Below the pieces are notes generated by a model. That model was not told where the DNA came from. It made no database searches and was given only the letters and a program-made list of their open reading frames with translations. Below, in pieces: positions 23,394 to 32,000 of a stretch of 32,000 nucleotides of DNA. Location of the stretch: positions 930,001-962,000 of the forward strand of contig OY760660.1 in NCBI GenBank assembly GCA_963663995.1, given 5' to 3'. Origin of the DNA: Erysipelotrichaceae bacterium (lineage in GTDB: Bacteria; Bacillota_I; Bacilli_A; Erysipelotrichales; Erysipelotrichaceae). Numbering within the stretch: position 1 is the first letter of the stretch; each line of letters begins with the position of its first letter. The position numbers and the translations under genes are program-made.

Positions 23394-24319
23394 TCACAAC
23401 TGTCACGCTAAATCCTGCCATCGATAAAACATTAACGATTGAAAGCTTTGAAACAAACAAAGTTAATCGTGTCTCTAAAATATCCATCGGATTAGGTGGA
23501 AAAGGACTGAATGTTTCAAAAGTTCTTAATTACTTAAACACTGAAAATACAGCGATTGGTTTTATTGGACAAAAGAATATTACACAAGTTGAAAGTTTAA
23601 ATCTTGAACATCCTATACAAACAGATTTTGTCTTAATCGATGCTCATACCCGAACCAATACAAAAATCATTGATCCAAGTAATCAAAATACAACTGATAT
23701 CAATGAAGCTGGTTTCCAAGTTGATCAAAAACAAATCGATGAAATGATTAAGTTAATAAAAACTTATTCTAAACAAAGTGAATACATTGTCTTTAGTGGT
23801 TCAGTTTGTATAGGTATTGATACCGAAACATATAAACAACTACTAAGAACAGTTGATAAGTCATGCAAAGTCGTTATTGATATTGATGGAGAAATGTTAA
23901 AGGCAAGTCTTGAAACATCTCCCTTCTTAATCAAACCAAACATTGATGAATTAGAGAAACTGATTAATAAAAAGTTAGAGAATGTATCTGATATAAAGTC
24001 AGAATGTCAAAAACTTATCAAACAATACAAACTTGAGTACATCTTAGTATCTTGTGGTGAAAAAGGTTCTGTCCTTGTTTCACAAAACAATTGTTTAAAA
24101 GCAAACGCATTAGCTGTTGAAGTTGTCTCTACCGTAGGTGCAGGTGATTCCATGTTGGCCGCATTCTTAGCAAATTATATAGTTTCTAAAAATACAGAAT
24201 CAGCTTTGAAACATGCCGCTTGTGCGGGATCATTGGCAGTTTGTGCTATCTCAACCGATATCTTTAAAGAAAAAAACATTGAAGATTACATTTCACAAAT
24301 AAATGTAGAAAACATTTAA
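23390..24319 (+). CDS. fruK: 1-phosphofructokinase (PfkB family)
   Basis: 309 aa. It starts MITTVTLNPAIDKT and has GGKGLNVS and the C-terminal GAGDSMLAAF motif. The fructose PTS context supports the call. Confidence 0.88.
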   Translation: MITTVTLNPAIDKTLTIESFETNKVNRVSKISIGLGGKGLNVSKVLNYLNTENTAIGFIGQKNITQVESLNLEHPIQTDFVLIDAHTRTNTKIIDPSNQNTTDINEAGFQVDQKQIDEMIKLIKTYSKQSEYIVFSGSVCIGIDTETYKQLLRTVDKSCKVVIDIDGEMLKASLETSPFLIKPNIDELEKLINKKLENVSDIKSECQKLIKQYKLEYILVSCGEKGSVLVSQNNCLKANALAVEVVSTVGAGDSMLAAFLANYIVSKNTESALKHAACAGSLAVCAISTDIFKEKNIEDYISQINVENI

Positions 24320-24336
24320 TCCAAAGGAGGAAGTAA

Positions 24337-24726
24337 ATGAAAATTCTAGGCGTAACGGCATGTCCAACAGGGATTGCCCATACTTATATGGCAGCAGAAG
24401 CCATTGAAAAAGCTGCAAAAGCAAAAGGTTATGAAGTCAAAGTTGAAACAAGAGGATCTGTAGGCGTTGAAAATGCACTTAGTGATGAAGAAATAGCATC
24501 AGCAGATGTGATCGTACTAGCTTGTGATATGACAACTCCTACTGATCGTTTCAAAGGAAAGAAACTGATCTCAGTTGGTGTGGCAGAAGCGATTAAACAT
24601 GCTTCTGAAATCATTGATTTAGGACAAGAAGTTGAATTATTTGATGGGTCTGTTAAACAAACAAAACTTAACAATTCCAAAGAAAAAGAAGAGAAAAAAG
24701 GTCTCTTCGGGTTCTTGAAAAAATAA
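24337..24726 (+). CDS. PTS fructose-family EIIB component
   Basis: 129 aa. The active-site Cys lies in VTACPTGIAHTYMAAEA. SD AAGGAGG is upstream. Confidence 0.88.
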   Translation: MKILGVTACPTGIAHTYMAAEAIEKAAKAKGYEVKVETRGSVGVENALSDEEIASADVIVLACDMTTPTDRFKGKKLISVGVAEAIKHASEIIDLGQEVELFDGSVKQTKLNNSKEKEEKKGLFGFLKK

Positions 24727-24743
24727 ATTTGATTCCAACCAAC

Positions 24744-24774
24744 GCTTAAACACCCGTGCAACCAGAGTTTAAGC
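24744..24774 (+). promoter_or_regulatory. intercistronic hairpin between the EIIB and EIIC genes
   Basis: GCTTAAAC (24744-24751) pairs with GTTTAAGC (24767-24774) around a 15-nt loop. No T-run follows. Confidence 0.4.
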
Positions 24775-24815
24775 ATTGAGGAATATATCCAACTTAAATT
24801 ATAAAGGAGAAAAGG

Positions 24816-25832
24816 ATGAAATCAAACGCTTTTTATAAGCACCTCATGAGTGGCGTATCATTTATGATCCCATTCGTAGTTGCTGGTGGTATTGCCATCG
24901 CATTCAGTTTTGCTTTCGGTTATGACGCTTTCCAAACACCCGGCACATTAGCTGCTCACTTAATGACAATTGGTGGTGCTGGTGGATTTGGACTTATGGT
25001 CCCAATTCTAGCAGGTTATATTGCATTCTCAATCGCTGATCGCCCAGGTTTAGCACCAGGTATGATCGGTGGGGTTATTGCAGGAAACATCGGTTCAGGA
25101 TTCTTAGGTGGTATGGTTGCAGGGTTCTTGGCTGGTTATGTTGTCATAGCAATTAAAAAGTATATTGTTTTACCAAAATCATTAGCTGGTATTATGCCAA
25201 TCTTAGTTATTCCTGTACTTTCAAGTATTATTGTCGGTTTACTAATGTTAATGGTATTAGGTGCACCTATGACTGCTGTTAATAAAGCAATCACTGACTT
25301 CCTTAATAGTTTATCTGGCGGTTCTGCTATCGTCTTAGGTTTATTATTAGGTACAATGATGGCTTTCGATATGGGTGGTCCAGTTAATAAAGCTGCTTAT
25401 GCTTTCGGTACAGCTACTCTTGCAAACTTGGTGGCTGGTGAAGGTTCAGCTGTTATGGCTGCTGTTATGGCTGGTGGTATGGTACCTCCACTTGGTATTG
25501 GTGTTGCTACATTCTTATTTAAAAAGAAATTCAATGAAGATCAACGTGAAGCTGGTAAAGCAGCACTTGTTCTAGGGGCTTCCTTCATCACTGAAGGTGC
25601 GATCCCATTTGCAGCTGCTGATCCTGCACGTGTTCTACCTTCGATTATGGCTGGTGGTGCTGTAACAGGTGCACTAAGTATGGCATTTAACTGTACTTTA
25701 GCTGTTCCTCACGGTGGTATCTTCGTCTTATTCGCTGTTGGTAATCTACCAATGTACATCGTTGCTATCTTAGCTGGTACTGCTGTAACAGCTGGTTTAC
25801 TAGGTGTTCTTAAAAAAGACGTCGAAGCTTAA
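24816..25832 (+). CDS. PTS fructose-family EIIC permease
   Basis: 338 aa, polytopic and Gly-rich, with an EIIC pattern ([43 protein letters not shown]). SD AAGGAG is upstream. Confidence 0.9.
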   Translation: MKSNAFYKHLMSGVSFMIPFVVAGGIAIAFSFAFGYDAFQTPGTLAAHLMTIGGAGGFGLMVPILAGYIAFSIADRPGLAPGMIGGVIAGNIGSGFLGGMVAGFLAGYVVIAIKKYIVLPKSLAGIMPILVIPVLSSIIVGLLMLMVLGAPMTAVNKAITDFLNSLSGGSAIVLGLLLGTMMAFDMGGPVNKAAYAFGTATLANLVAGEGSAVMAAVMAGGMVPPLGIGVATFLFKKKFNEDQREAGKAALVLGASFITEGAIPFAAADPARVLPSIMAGGAVTGALSMAFNCTLAVPHGGIFVLFAVGNLPMYIVAILAGTAVTAGLLGVLKKDVEA

Positions 25833-25861
25833 TACAATTAAATATCCAAAAACGATTAAAG

Positions 25862-25892
25862 AGAATTCTTAAACCAAAGAATTCTTTTTTTT
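25862..25892 (+). terminator. intrinsic terminator after the fructose operon
   Basis: AGAATTCTT (25862-25870) and AAGAATTCT (25877-25885) form a 9-bp perfect stem, followed by a run of T residues (25886-25892). Confidence 0.85.
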
Positions 25893-25906
25893 ACATCTTT
25901 TAACTT

Positions 25907-27455
25907 TTATAATGTTTTAGAATTATGTGTTGCTACTTGATTTCGACCACTTTGTTTTGCAATATACATAGCCCCATCTGCTTTTTTAATTAAAGTTTCT
26001 AAGTTGTCTAACTCTTCAGCAAACGCTACCCCAACACTAAGTGTAATTTCAAAGGATGGATGATCTTTAATAAAGGATATGTTTTGAACTTCATTGAGAA
26101 TATGCCAGGCTAATTTAATCGCTTGATTTTCACTATCCACTCTTATCATCACTACAAATTCTTCTCCCCCATAACGGGTTACGATATCTGTATTTCTAAA
26201 ACGTTTTCTAAGCTTTACCCCTAGATTTCGAATAACTTCATCACCGATGTTATGCCCAAAGGTATCATTAATATCTTAAAGAGATCGATATCAAAGAAAA
26301 GTAGTGCAATTTTAGTTTCATTAGCTCTATTTTCCTCTAACCACAATTCACCCTTTTCAAAGAGTTCACGAGGATTGTTCAAGGTACCGAGTTCATCTGT
26401 TTTCGATAATTCTTCAAATTGTTTTCTGGATTTTACTTTTTGTGTAGTATCACTCAATAGTTTTAAGCGACCAATAACTTCATCTGATTTATCTTTAATA
26501 AGTCTTGTTTTAATTTCCCAATACTCATCATGTTGAAAACTATAATACTCAAAAACAGCTTCATTATTACTAAATAGTTCTTCTAAGTTTTGTTTTGACT
26601 GATAAGTGTTGATTCAGAATTAATTCCATTTGGATTTAAAACGACTTGATGATGTTTCAAAAAATCTAAGGCAATGTTATTTAAATCAATGATAATATTT
26701 TTATCACTAATAACAATAATTCCATCATGGCTCGATTGGAACAAATCTAATCTTACTTTAGATTTGAGTTGTAAGTTATCAATCGTAATAACCGATATTG
26801 CTAGGATAAATACACTAATCGGCAAGATAAGTGCTGTGTAATCTAAAGGTAAATTAAATGGGTCAAAAAGCGAAAGTAAAACACCAAAAATGGTAAGGAT
26901 ACTAACAATTAACATCGCTGAATATTTTTTAGCTTCATTTTTTTTCCTGCTTTAAGCAAACTTCGTGTAAATATAAAAATGATTATGAGTGCTAAGAAAA
27001 TCGTATATCCAACATTAATGTAATACCAAATTCCATGAGTTGATTCGACCAAATAAAAGTATCGAACTTAATCAAATAAGGATCTGAATAATATAAAGAA
27101 TGAAGATCATTGGTAAAACGCACAATAATCGTTAAAATTGGAACAATGAATGCAAAATAGGTGACTGGTGAATTTATTTTCTTAATTATTCCTAGATATT
27201 GAAAACTGATAATTAACCAAGTACTGTTTAATAGTGGAATACTAATGTATTCAAAATTAATCCAAAACATCGCCATCGCAATGTTGTCACTATGAAGTTC
27301 TGTAAGATACCCAAAATTATAAGAGTAGACAAGCAACATCAAAAAGCAAGCATATTGGAGTACGTGCTCTTACCACTATTTATAAGATAGAATGCTAAGT
27401 AAGCCGTGATTAACCCTGCACCAAAAAGATAGAGCGTTATTATATTCAATAACAT
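25907..27455 (-). pseudogene. multi-TM / PAS-like / GGDEF diguanylate cyclase gene disrupted by five frameshifts
   Basis: Six colinear ORF segments on one strand can be reassembled. They encode MLLNIITLYLFGAG... (TM domain), SSHDGIIVISDKNIIIDLNNIALDFL (PAS-like), and FFDIDLFK/DINDTFGHNIGDEV...RYGGEEF...ADGAMYIAKQSGRNQV (GGDEF). Frame changes occur at about 27341-27345, 27055-27058, 26938-26945, 26588-26596 and 26275-26277. Confidence 0.85.
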
Positions 27456-27544
27456 GATATCGTTTTCCCTATATCACTTTCTTTGATAATATTATAGCTT
27501 TTAATTTAGATAAATATAAACAAATTAAGACTAAAACAAAAAAA

Positions 27545-28048
27545 TCAACCTAGATAACCACTTATTAGTTCAACATATTCACGTGCATTCTCAACAATAT
27601 GTTCTTTTTCTTCTTCACTGAGCTCTCTTTTAACACTTGCAGGTGTTCCCATAATCATCGAACCTGTTGGCATAACTTTACGTGGCGTGACTAATGAGCC
27701 TGCCCCAACAATCACATCACTCTCAACTTTCGCATTATCAAGAACCACAGAAGTGGAACCAATAATCACACGATCTTCTATGGTTGCTGAGTGCACATGT
27801 GCTAAATGACCAATTGTGACATATTCACCAATAACACAAGGGACTCCTGGCATACAATGTAAGACTGAGCCATCTTGTACATTCGAATTATCACCAATAA
27901 TGATTGGTCCCATATCACCTCTTAATGAAGCACCTGGCCATATTGAAACATTATCACCTAACGTAACTTCACCAATCACTGAAGCCGTTTCCGCAATATA
28001 ACAATTTTTCCCAATTTTAGGGCTAAAGCTTTTAAATTTTTGTATCAT
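27545..28048 (-). CDS. gamma-carbonic-anhydrase-like left-handed beta-helix protein (YrdA/PaaY family)
   Basis: 167 aa with hexapeptide repeats and family His residues in context (SVLHC, GHLAHVH). SD AAGAGGA is upstream. Confidence 0.85.
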   Translation of the reverse strand: MIQKFKSFSPKIGKNCYIAETASVIGEVTLGDNVSIWPGASLRGDMGPIIIGDNSNVQDGSVLHCMPGVPCVIGEYVTIGHLAHVHSATIEDRVIIGSTSVVLDNAKVESDVIVGAGSLVTPRKVMPTGSMIMGTPASVKRELSEEEKEHIVENAREYVELISGYLG

Positions 28049-28136
28049 ATAATCCTCTTTTTAAAAAGTATAGCATATCCCTATGAGTCAAACTTGTGTA
28101 TAATGTAAGTACAATTCTTAGGACAATTTGTAATAT

Positions 28137-28868
28137 ATGGAACTACATTTCGAAATAAATAAACTCTCAAGCGTACCTCTGTATGCACAATTAAAAGAAT
28201 CTCTAAAGTGGGCAATTTTAGAAGGGATTTATGATGAAGGTCAACAACTTCCAACTGAAGAACTTTTATGTAATCTCTATAACGTTTCTCGACCAGTCGT
28301 AAGACGTGCCTATCAATCACTAATTGATGAAGGAATCATTGAAAGACATCAAGGTCGTGGTACTTTTGTGAAACGTAATTTAGTGTTATCGAATTTACTC
28401 TTTAGAGAAGATTATGAAGAATACTTAAAAGAACTTAACTTAACATCCACCTCTCGCTTATTAATGTTAGATATTGTAAGACGGTTTGATATTCCTGCTT
28501 TAGTCGATGAAGCATCGGATGAATTCTACAATTTAAAACGTGTTCGTTATGCCAATAAAATTCCAATCATGTATGAGAATTTTTATTTTCCTAAAGAACA
28601 TTTTCCAGATTTACCAACTGAAATCCATGAAAATACGGCTTTTGATAAGTACATCGAAAAACGCTTTGAAGGTAAAGAAATCAAAATCATGATGCAAATT
28701 AATGCAGCTGCAGCTGATGATTTCAACCAAGTATTGTTTGAACTAGAAAAAGGCGATGCCATGTTCAAATTAGAAATTTATAAACGATATGATCTTGATA
28801 AATTGTGTTGTTATAAGGTGTCTTATTTCCCAGGCAACCGTCATCGTCTAGATATGAGGGCTGATTAA
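28137..28868 (+). CDS. GntR-family regulator, HutC subfamily (wHTH plus UTRA-like domain)
   Basis: The N-terminal wHTH is PLYAQLKESLKWAILEGIYDEGQQLPTEELLCNLYNVSRPVVRRAYQSLIDEGIIERHQGRGTFV. The effector domain of about 150 aa has the size of a UTRA domain. Confidence 0.8.
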   Translation: MELHFEINKLSSVPLYAQLKESLKWAILEGIYDEGQQLPTEELLCNLYNVSRPVVRRAYQSLIDEGIIERHQGRGTFVKRNLVLSNLLFREDYEEYLKELNLTSTSRLLMLDIVRRFDIPALVDEASDEFYNLKRVRYANKIPIMYENFYFPKEHFPDLPTEIHENTAFDKYIEKRFEGKEIKIMMQINAAAADDFNQVLFELEKGDAMFKLEIYKRYDLDKLCCYKVSYFPGNRHRLDMRAD

Positions 28869-28869
28869 T

Positions 28870-29637
28870 ATGTCATTCGAATCAATTAAATTAGATCGAT
28901 CTTCATCTATCTCACTCAACACTCAGCTTTATCGCGCTATCAAGAATGCAGTTCAATCTGGCCAACTTAAACCTGGTGATCAATGTCCAACCGAACAAGA
29001 ATTAATGGATAGTTTAGATATTTCTAGATCAGTTGTCCAACACGCTTATACCCTCTTAATGGAACAAAATATCTTAAAACGTCATCGTGGTAAAGGAACC
29101 TTTGTCGTTGAAAAAACCATCGATCTGGATTTCCTGCAAAAGATTCAACCAATGGCTGATCTAATTAGTAAATCTGGCGCAACCGCAAATGTTAAATTGA
29201 TCTCTAAAAAAGTTATCCCATTCAATTTTGAAGTAATGGGTAATCTTGAATTAGATATTAAAGATCAAGTCTTAGAAGTGACTCGTCTTTATAAAGCAGA
29301 TGATGAACCATTAGCAGTCTTTCATTTCTACTATCCACTTTCACGATTTACTGGGATTGAAAATTTTGATTTTAAAGCTGATACTTTAACGGAGTCAATT
29401 CATAAAACTTTTCCAGGTCAGTTCAACACTAATTATCGTAGTATTTTTGCGGTCAATCTTCCTGAGGATATCTGCAAAATATTTAAGCTTCCTAAACATT
29501 CAGTTGGCTTTAAAATTCATAACATCGCATATAACACTGAAGGTTTACCAACCTCTACAACCGTTTATTATTTAAAAGGCAGCGGAACTAATATTAATAT
29601 TGATTTTTATCGAAACATTTCTCAAGAAACTATTTAA
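28870..29637 (+). CDS. second GntR-family regulator, HutC subfamily
   Basis: The wHTH is LNTQLYRAIKNAVQSGQLKPGDQCPTEQELMDSLDISRSVVQHAYTLLMEQNILKRHRGKGTFV, followed by a UTRA-sized C-terminal domain. The gene starts 1 nt after the preceding stop. Confidence 0.8.
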   Translation: MSFESIKLDRSSSISLNTQLYRAIKNAVQSGQLKPGDQCPTEQELMDSLDISRSVVQHAYTLLMEQNILKRHRGKGTFVVEKTIDLDFLQKIQPMADLISKSGATANVKLISKKVIPFNFEVMGNLELDIKDQVLEVTRLYKADDEPLAVFHFYYPLSRFTGIENFDFKADTLTESIHKTFPGQFNTNYRSIFAVNLPEDICKIFKLPKHSVGFKIHNIAYNTEGLPTSTTVYYLKGSGTNINIDFYRNISQETI

Positions 29638-29694
29638 ATGTCATATTAATGTCACAATTATTCTCTAAAATCAGTCATGTTAGGAGAAATTCAC

Positions 29695-30516
29695 ATGACT
29701 GATTTTTTAAATATTGGAATGGCTTGGGTAGCTGTAGGACTAACAATTATTCTCGCCATTGTTTATATGACACGCAAACAAATAGAAAAGTCACAAAACA
29801 AAAGCTTTTGGATTAGCCTTAATAAGAAACTAAGAGTCTATCATAAAGAGTTAGGTTTATTATTAATCGCTGTTGGATTTATCCATGGTCTATTTTCAAG
29901 TGATCAAATCCTAAGTTTTAATTTAGGAACCATTGCTTGGATACTTTCAATCTTTTTAGGACTAAATTGGTTATTTAGAATCCAGTTAAGTAAATTCAAA
30001 CCCTGGATTGTTATTCATCGCTGGCTAACTCTTACCTTTATCATTACAATCATTTGGCACGTACTAGATGTTGGTAGTATCTTAATCGAAAAATTTATTG
30101 GTGGTTCAACTGTTGAAGCAGCCACCATTGAATCATTAAATATTGATGAGACGCTATTAGCAGTTGGTTTTGAAGGAAACAGCTACAATGATGGTACATA
30201 TACAGGTAGTGCCCAAGGTTTTGGCGAAAATCTTACAGTTGAAGTAATCGTTCAGAATAATATTGTGATTAGTATTCAAATCGTCTCTCATAACGAGGAG
30301 CGTTCACAATATTACTTACCAGCTTTCAATACTATTCCTAGTGAAATCATTGAAGCACAAAGCCTAAGTGTGGATACAGTTACAGGTTCTACATTCTCAA
30401 GTGTGGGAATCATAAACGCTGTTAGAGATGCACTAACAAGTGCTATCGTTGAAGGCGACTTGGGACTTGACACAAGTTTACCAACACATAGTGAAGGCGG
30501 AAGAAATAGACATTAA
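29695..30516 (+). CDS. 4-TM membrane protein with a C-terminal FMN-binding (covalent flavinylation type) domain
   Basis: I prefer the ATG at 29695 because SD AGGAG lies 8 nt upstream, and the ORF-track ATG at 29677 contains that SD. The protein has four TM helices with His residues in TM2 and TM4 (FIHGLF, VIHRW, IIWHVL). The C-terminal domain is YNDGTYTGSAQGFGENLTVEV...SVDTVTGSTFSS, i.e. an FMN_bind pattern with the (S/T)G(A/S)T flavinylation motif. Confidence 0.75.
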   Translation: MTDFLNIGMAWVAVGLTIILAIVYMTRKQIEKSQNKSFWISLNKKLRVYHKELGLLLIAVGFIHGLFSSDQILSFNLGTIAWILSIFLGLNWLFRIQLSKFKPWIVIHRWLTLTFIITIIWHVLDVGSILIEKFIGGSTVEAATIESLNIDETLLAVGFEGNSYNDGTYTGSAQGFGENLTVEVIVQNNIVISIQIVSHNEERSQYYLPAFNTIPSEIIEAQSLSVDTVTGSTFSSVGIINAVRDALTSAIVEGDLGLDTSLPTHSEGGRNRH

Positions 30517-30520
30517 GAAA

Positions 30521-30548
30521 AAGGAACTTATCTGATGGTAAGTTCCTT
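30521..30548. terminator. bidirectional intrinsic terminator between convergent genes
   Basis: AAGGAACTTA (30521-30530) and TAAGTTCCTT (30539-30548) form a 10-bp perfect stem with an 8-nt loop. T-runs follow on both strands. Confidence 0.85.
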
Positions 30549-30556
30549 TTTTCGTC

Positions 30557-31363
30557 TTATTTAAATACTCTATTTAACGTATATTGACTGTCACTTATCA
30601 AGGAATAAATAATGATTGTATCTAAATCAATAATTTGATAACGATATTCCCAAGACCATGCATCTCCACTATCTTCTTCCATCATAATGACCCCAAAGCT
30701 ATTAGGAACATTCCAACCAAAATCACCACTTGTTGAAACTTGATAGAATACTTTACTAGCATCACCATTATTAAATCGTGGAATATCTGAATACAGTGTA
30801 CCTTCATAAAATCTAAAATTATTTGTCCCATCTGTCCAATTATCCAAACCAATAATTTGTGGAAGATATTGGTGTTTGATCAATGTTTGATCAGAGTTAA
30901 TAAATGGATGAATTGTAATAAAGGCCATTAATTCATTAAAGAAGGAAAATTCATTCTCCATATCAAATTTAAAGATTTGATCAACCGTATTAACACTCGT
31001 GCTATTTAAGATTAATTCAATCCCAGTTTTCATCTCATCAATTTCATTTTGATAAATATCTGTCCTTGAAAGTGAGTGATCAAAGTCAATCATCGCATCA
31101 ATAAAGAAAGCATCTTCATATAAGTCCATACCCTTATTGAAATAACATAAACCTTCTAAATCTACGACTTCAGGAAATAAACTTTTATCTACATTGGATT
31201 CACAATTGCTTGTGTCACCAGCTATAACTTTTGCCTCAAATTCATCGTAAATACCTTGATTTTCATCAATCAAATTTTGTTTTTGGATATTAGAAAAGAT
31301 GATAAATCCTGTAATCACAATGAGTGCAACAACTATCCCAATAATAACTTTTTTATTTTTCAT
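30557..31363 (-). CDS. hypothetical membrane-anchored protein
   Basis: I prefer the ATG at 31363, with SD AAGGGGG 8 nt upstream. The N-terminal anchor is MKNKKVIIGIVVALIVITGFIIF. The remaining 240 aa or so show no motif I recognise. Confidence 0.6.
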   Translation of the reverse strand: MKNKKVIIGIVVALIVITGFIIFSNIQKQNLIDENQGIYDEFEAKVIAGDTSNCESNVDKSLFPEVVDLEGLCYFNKGMDLYEDAFFIDAMIDFDHSLSRTDIYQNEIDEMKTGIELILNSTSVNTVDQIFKFDMENEFSFFNELMAFITIHPFINSDQTLIKHQYLPQIIGLDNWTDGTNNFRFYEGTLYSDIPRFNNGDASKVFYQVSTSGDFGWNVPNSFGVIMMEEDSGDAWSWEYRYQIIDLDTIIIYSLISDSQYTLNRVFK

Positions 31364-31444
31364 ACTATCTGCCCCCTTTTCTTTTACGATAGACCACATA
31401 CCCTCACTTGTCTACCTACGATAAAGTGCAAGCTATATAAAAAA

Positions 31445-31462
31445 GCCATATTTTCATATGAC
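31445..31462 (-). terminator. candidate intrinsic terminator after the aminotransferase gene
   Basis: Read on the minus strand: GTCATAT, a GAAA loop, ATATGGC, then TTTTTT. The 7-bp stem has one G-U pair. Confidence 0.55.
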
Positions 31463-31474
31463 TTTAATTAACGA

Positions 31475-32000
31475 TTAAGCAGTTCTCATTTCCTCAATTG
31501 CTTCACATAAACGTCTAATACCTTCAGTAATCTCATCAGGATCACCCGCTGTATAGTTTAAACGCATATTGGAATGAACTTTATTATCTGTATAGAATGG
31601 TGCCCCTGGAACAAAGACAACTTTTTTATCAGCTGCAGCAATGTCGAAGAGTTTCATCGCATCCATGCCTTCAGGTAAATTAACCCACAAGAACATGCCA
31701 CCTTCAGGTTTTGTAAAAGAACAATCACTTGGTAAATACTTTTCTAAAGCATCAACCATTGCCTGACGACGAACTTGGTAAAGTTCTGTAATCTTCGCAA
31801 TTTGTGCATCTAAGCTATGTTTAGTCACAAAGCGTTCAATCGCATATTGTGAAAGCATATTTGAATGTAAATCTGAACCTTGTTTTGCGATTAAGAGTTT
31901 ATCATAGATTGATTTAGGCGCAACAAGCCATCCTAAACGCATACCTGGTGAAACCACTTTAGAGAATGAACCCATCATGATTGTATGCTCAGGTAATAAC
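31475..32000 (-). CDS. PLP-dependent aminotransferase, class I/II (5' end outside the window)
   Basis: The frame stays open to the window edge. The PLP-lysine motif SFSK is followed by PGMRLGW, and the C-terminal small domain is typical of fold-type I aminotransferases. Confidence 0.8.
   Translation of the reverse strand, partial: LLPEHTIMMGSFSKVVSPGMRLGWLVAPKSIYDKLLIAKQGSDLHSNMLSQYAIERFVTKHSLDAQIAKITELYQVRRQAMVDALEKYLPSDCSFTKPEGGMFLWVNLPEGMDAMKLFDIAAADKKVVFVPGAPFYTDNKVHSNMRLNYTAGDPDEITEGIRRLCEAIEEMRTA

Noticed and set aside
28090-28136. TGTA-AG-TACA and ACAA-T-TTGT mini-palindromes upstream of the first HutC-type regulator gene, considered as GntR operators.
   Set aside because: The arms are only 4 bp in AT-rich sequence, which is too weak to call.
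28081-28320. A 79-aa minus-strand ORF overlapping the start of the first GntR gene.
   Set aside because: It overlaps a CDS with a clear wHTH motif on the + strand, has no SD, and shows no recognisable motif.
1-32000. tRNA, rRNA, tmRNA, CRISPR arrays, transposases, integrases and phage genes.
   Set aside because: I found no T-loop or anticodon-arm signatures, no repeat-spacer arrays, and no ORF with recombinase or phage motifs on either strand.

Overview
This is a visibly AT-rich chromosomal segment from a low-GC Gram-positive or Mollicutes-related bacterium. It uses the standard genetic code: TGA terminates the sigma gene at 7206-7208, and Trp is TGG. I call about 33 intact CDSs, mostly on the minus strand, plus 2 disrupted genes. 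I found no rRNA, tRNA, CRISPR array, transposase or integrase.

Housekeeping content:
- A complete phosphate block, phoP-phoR and pstS-pstC-pstA-pstB-phoU (10413-16984), with readable Pho boxes.
- A split transketolase.
- A fructose PTS operon with separate IIA, IIB and IIC genes plus fruR-fruK.
- A MacB/FtsX-type ABC exporter.
- An NfsA-type nitroreductase co-transcribed with a Qnr/MfpA-like pentapeptide protein.

Best leads:
1. 6196-8465: an ECF-type sigma operon. Both membrane partners end in extreme Asp/His/Glu-rich tails.
2. 8573-8684: nested perfect inverted repeats enclose a promoter-like core between that operon and a divergent gene.
3. 8708-9432: the divergent gene is interrupted at codon 4 by an A7 tract that is also an A_AAA_AAA slippery heptamer.
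4. 9645-10366: a HicA-like toxin with an unusually long antitoxin candidate, plus an operator array of GTAC cores.
5. 25907-27455: a multi-TM/PAS/GGDEF gene destroyed by five single-base homopolymer deletions.
6. 28137-30516: two tandem HutC-type regulators followed by a 4-TM protein with an FMN-binding domain.
7. 132-1898: a secreted ChW-repeat protein.

All family calls come from motif recognition by eye. No database search was possible, so I cannot show that any of these is truly undescribed.
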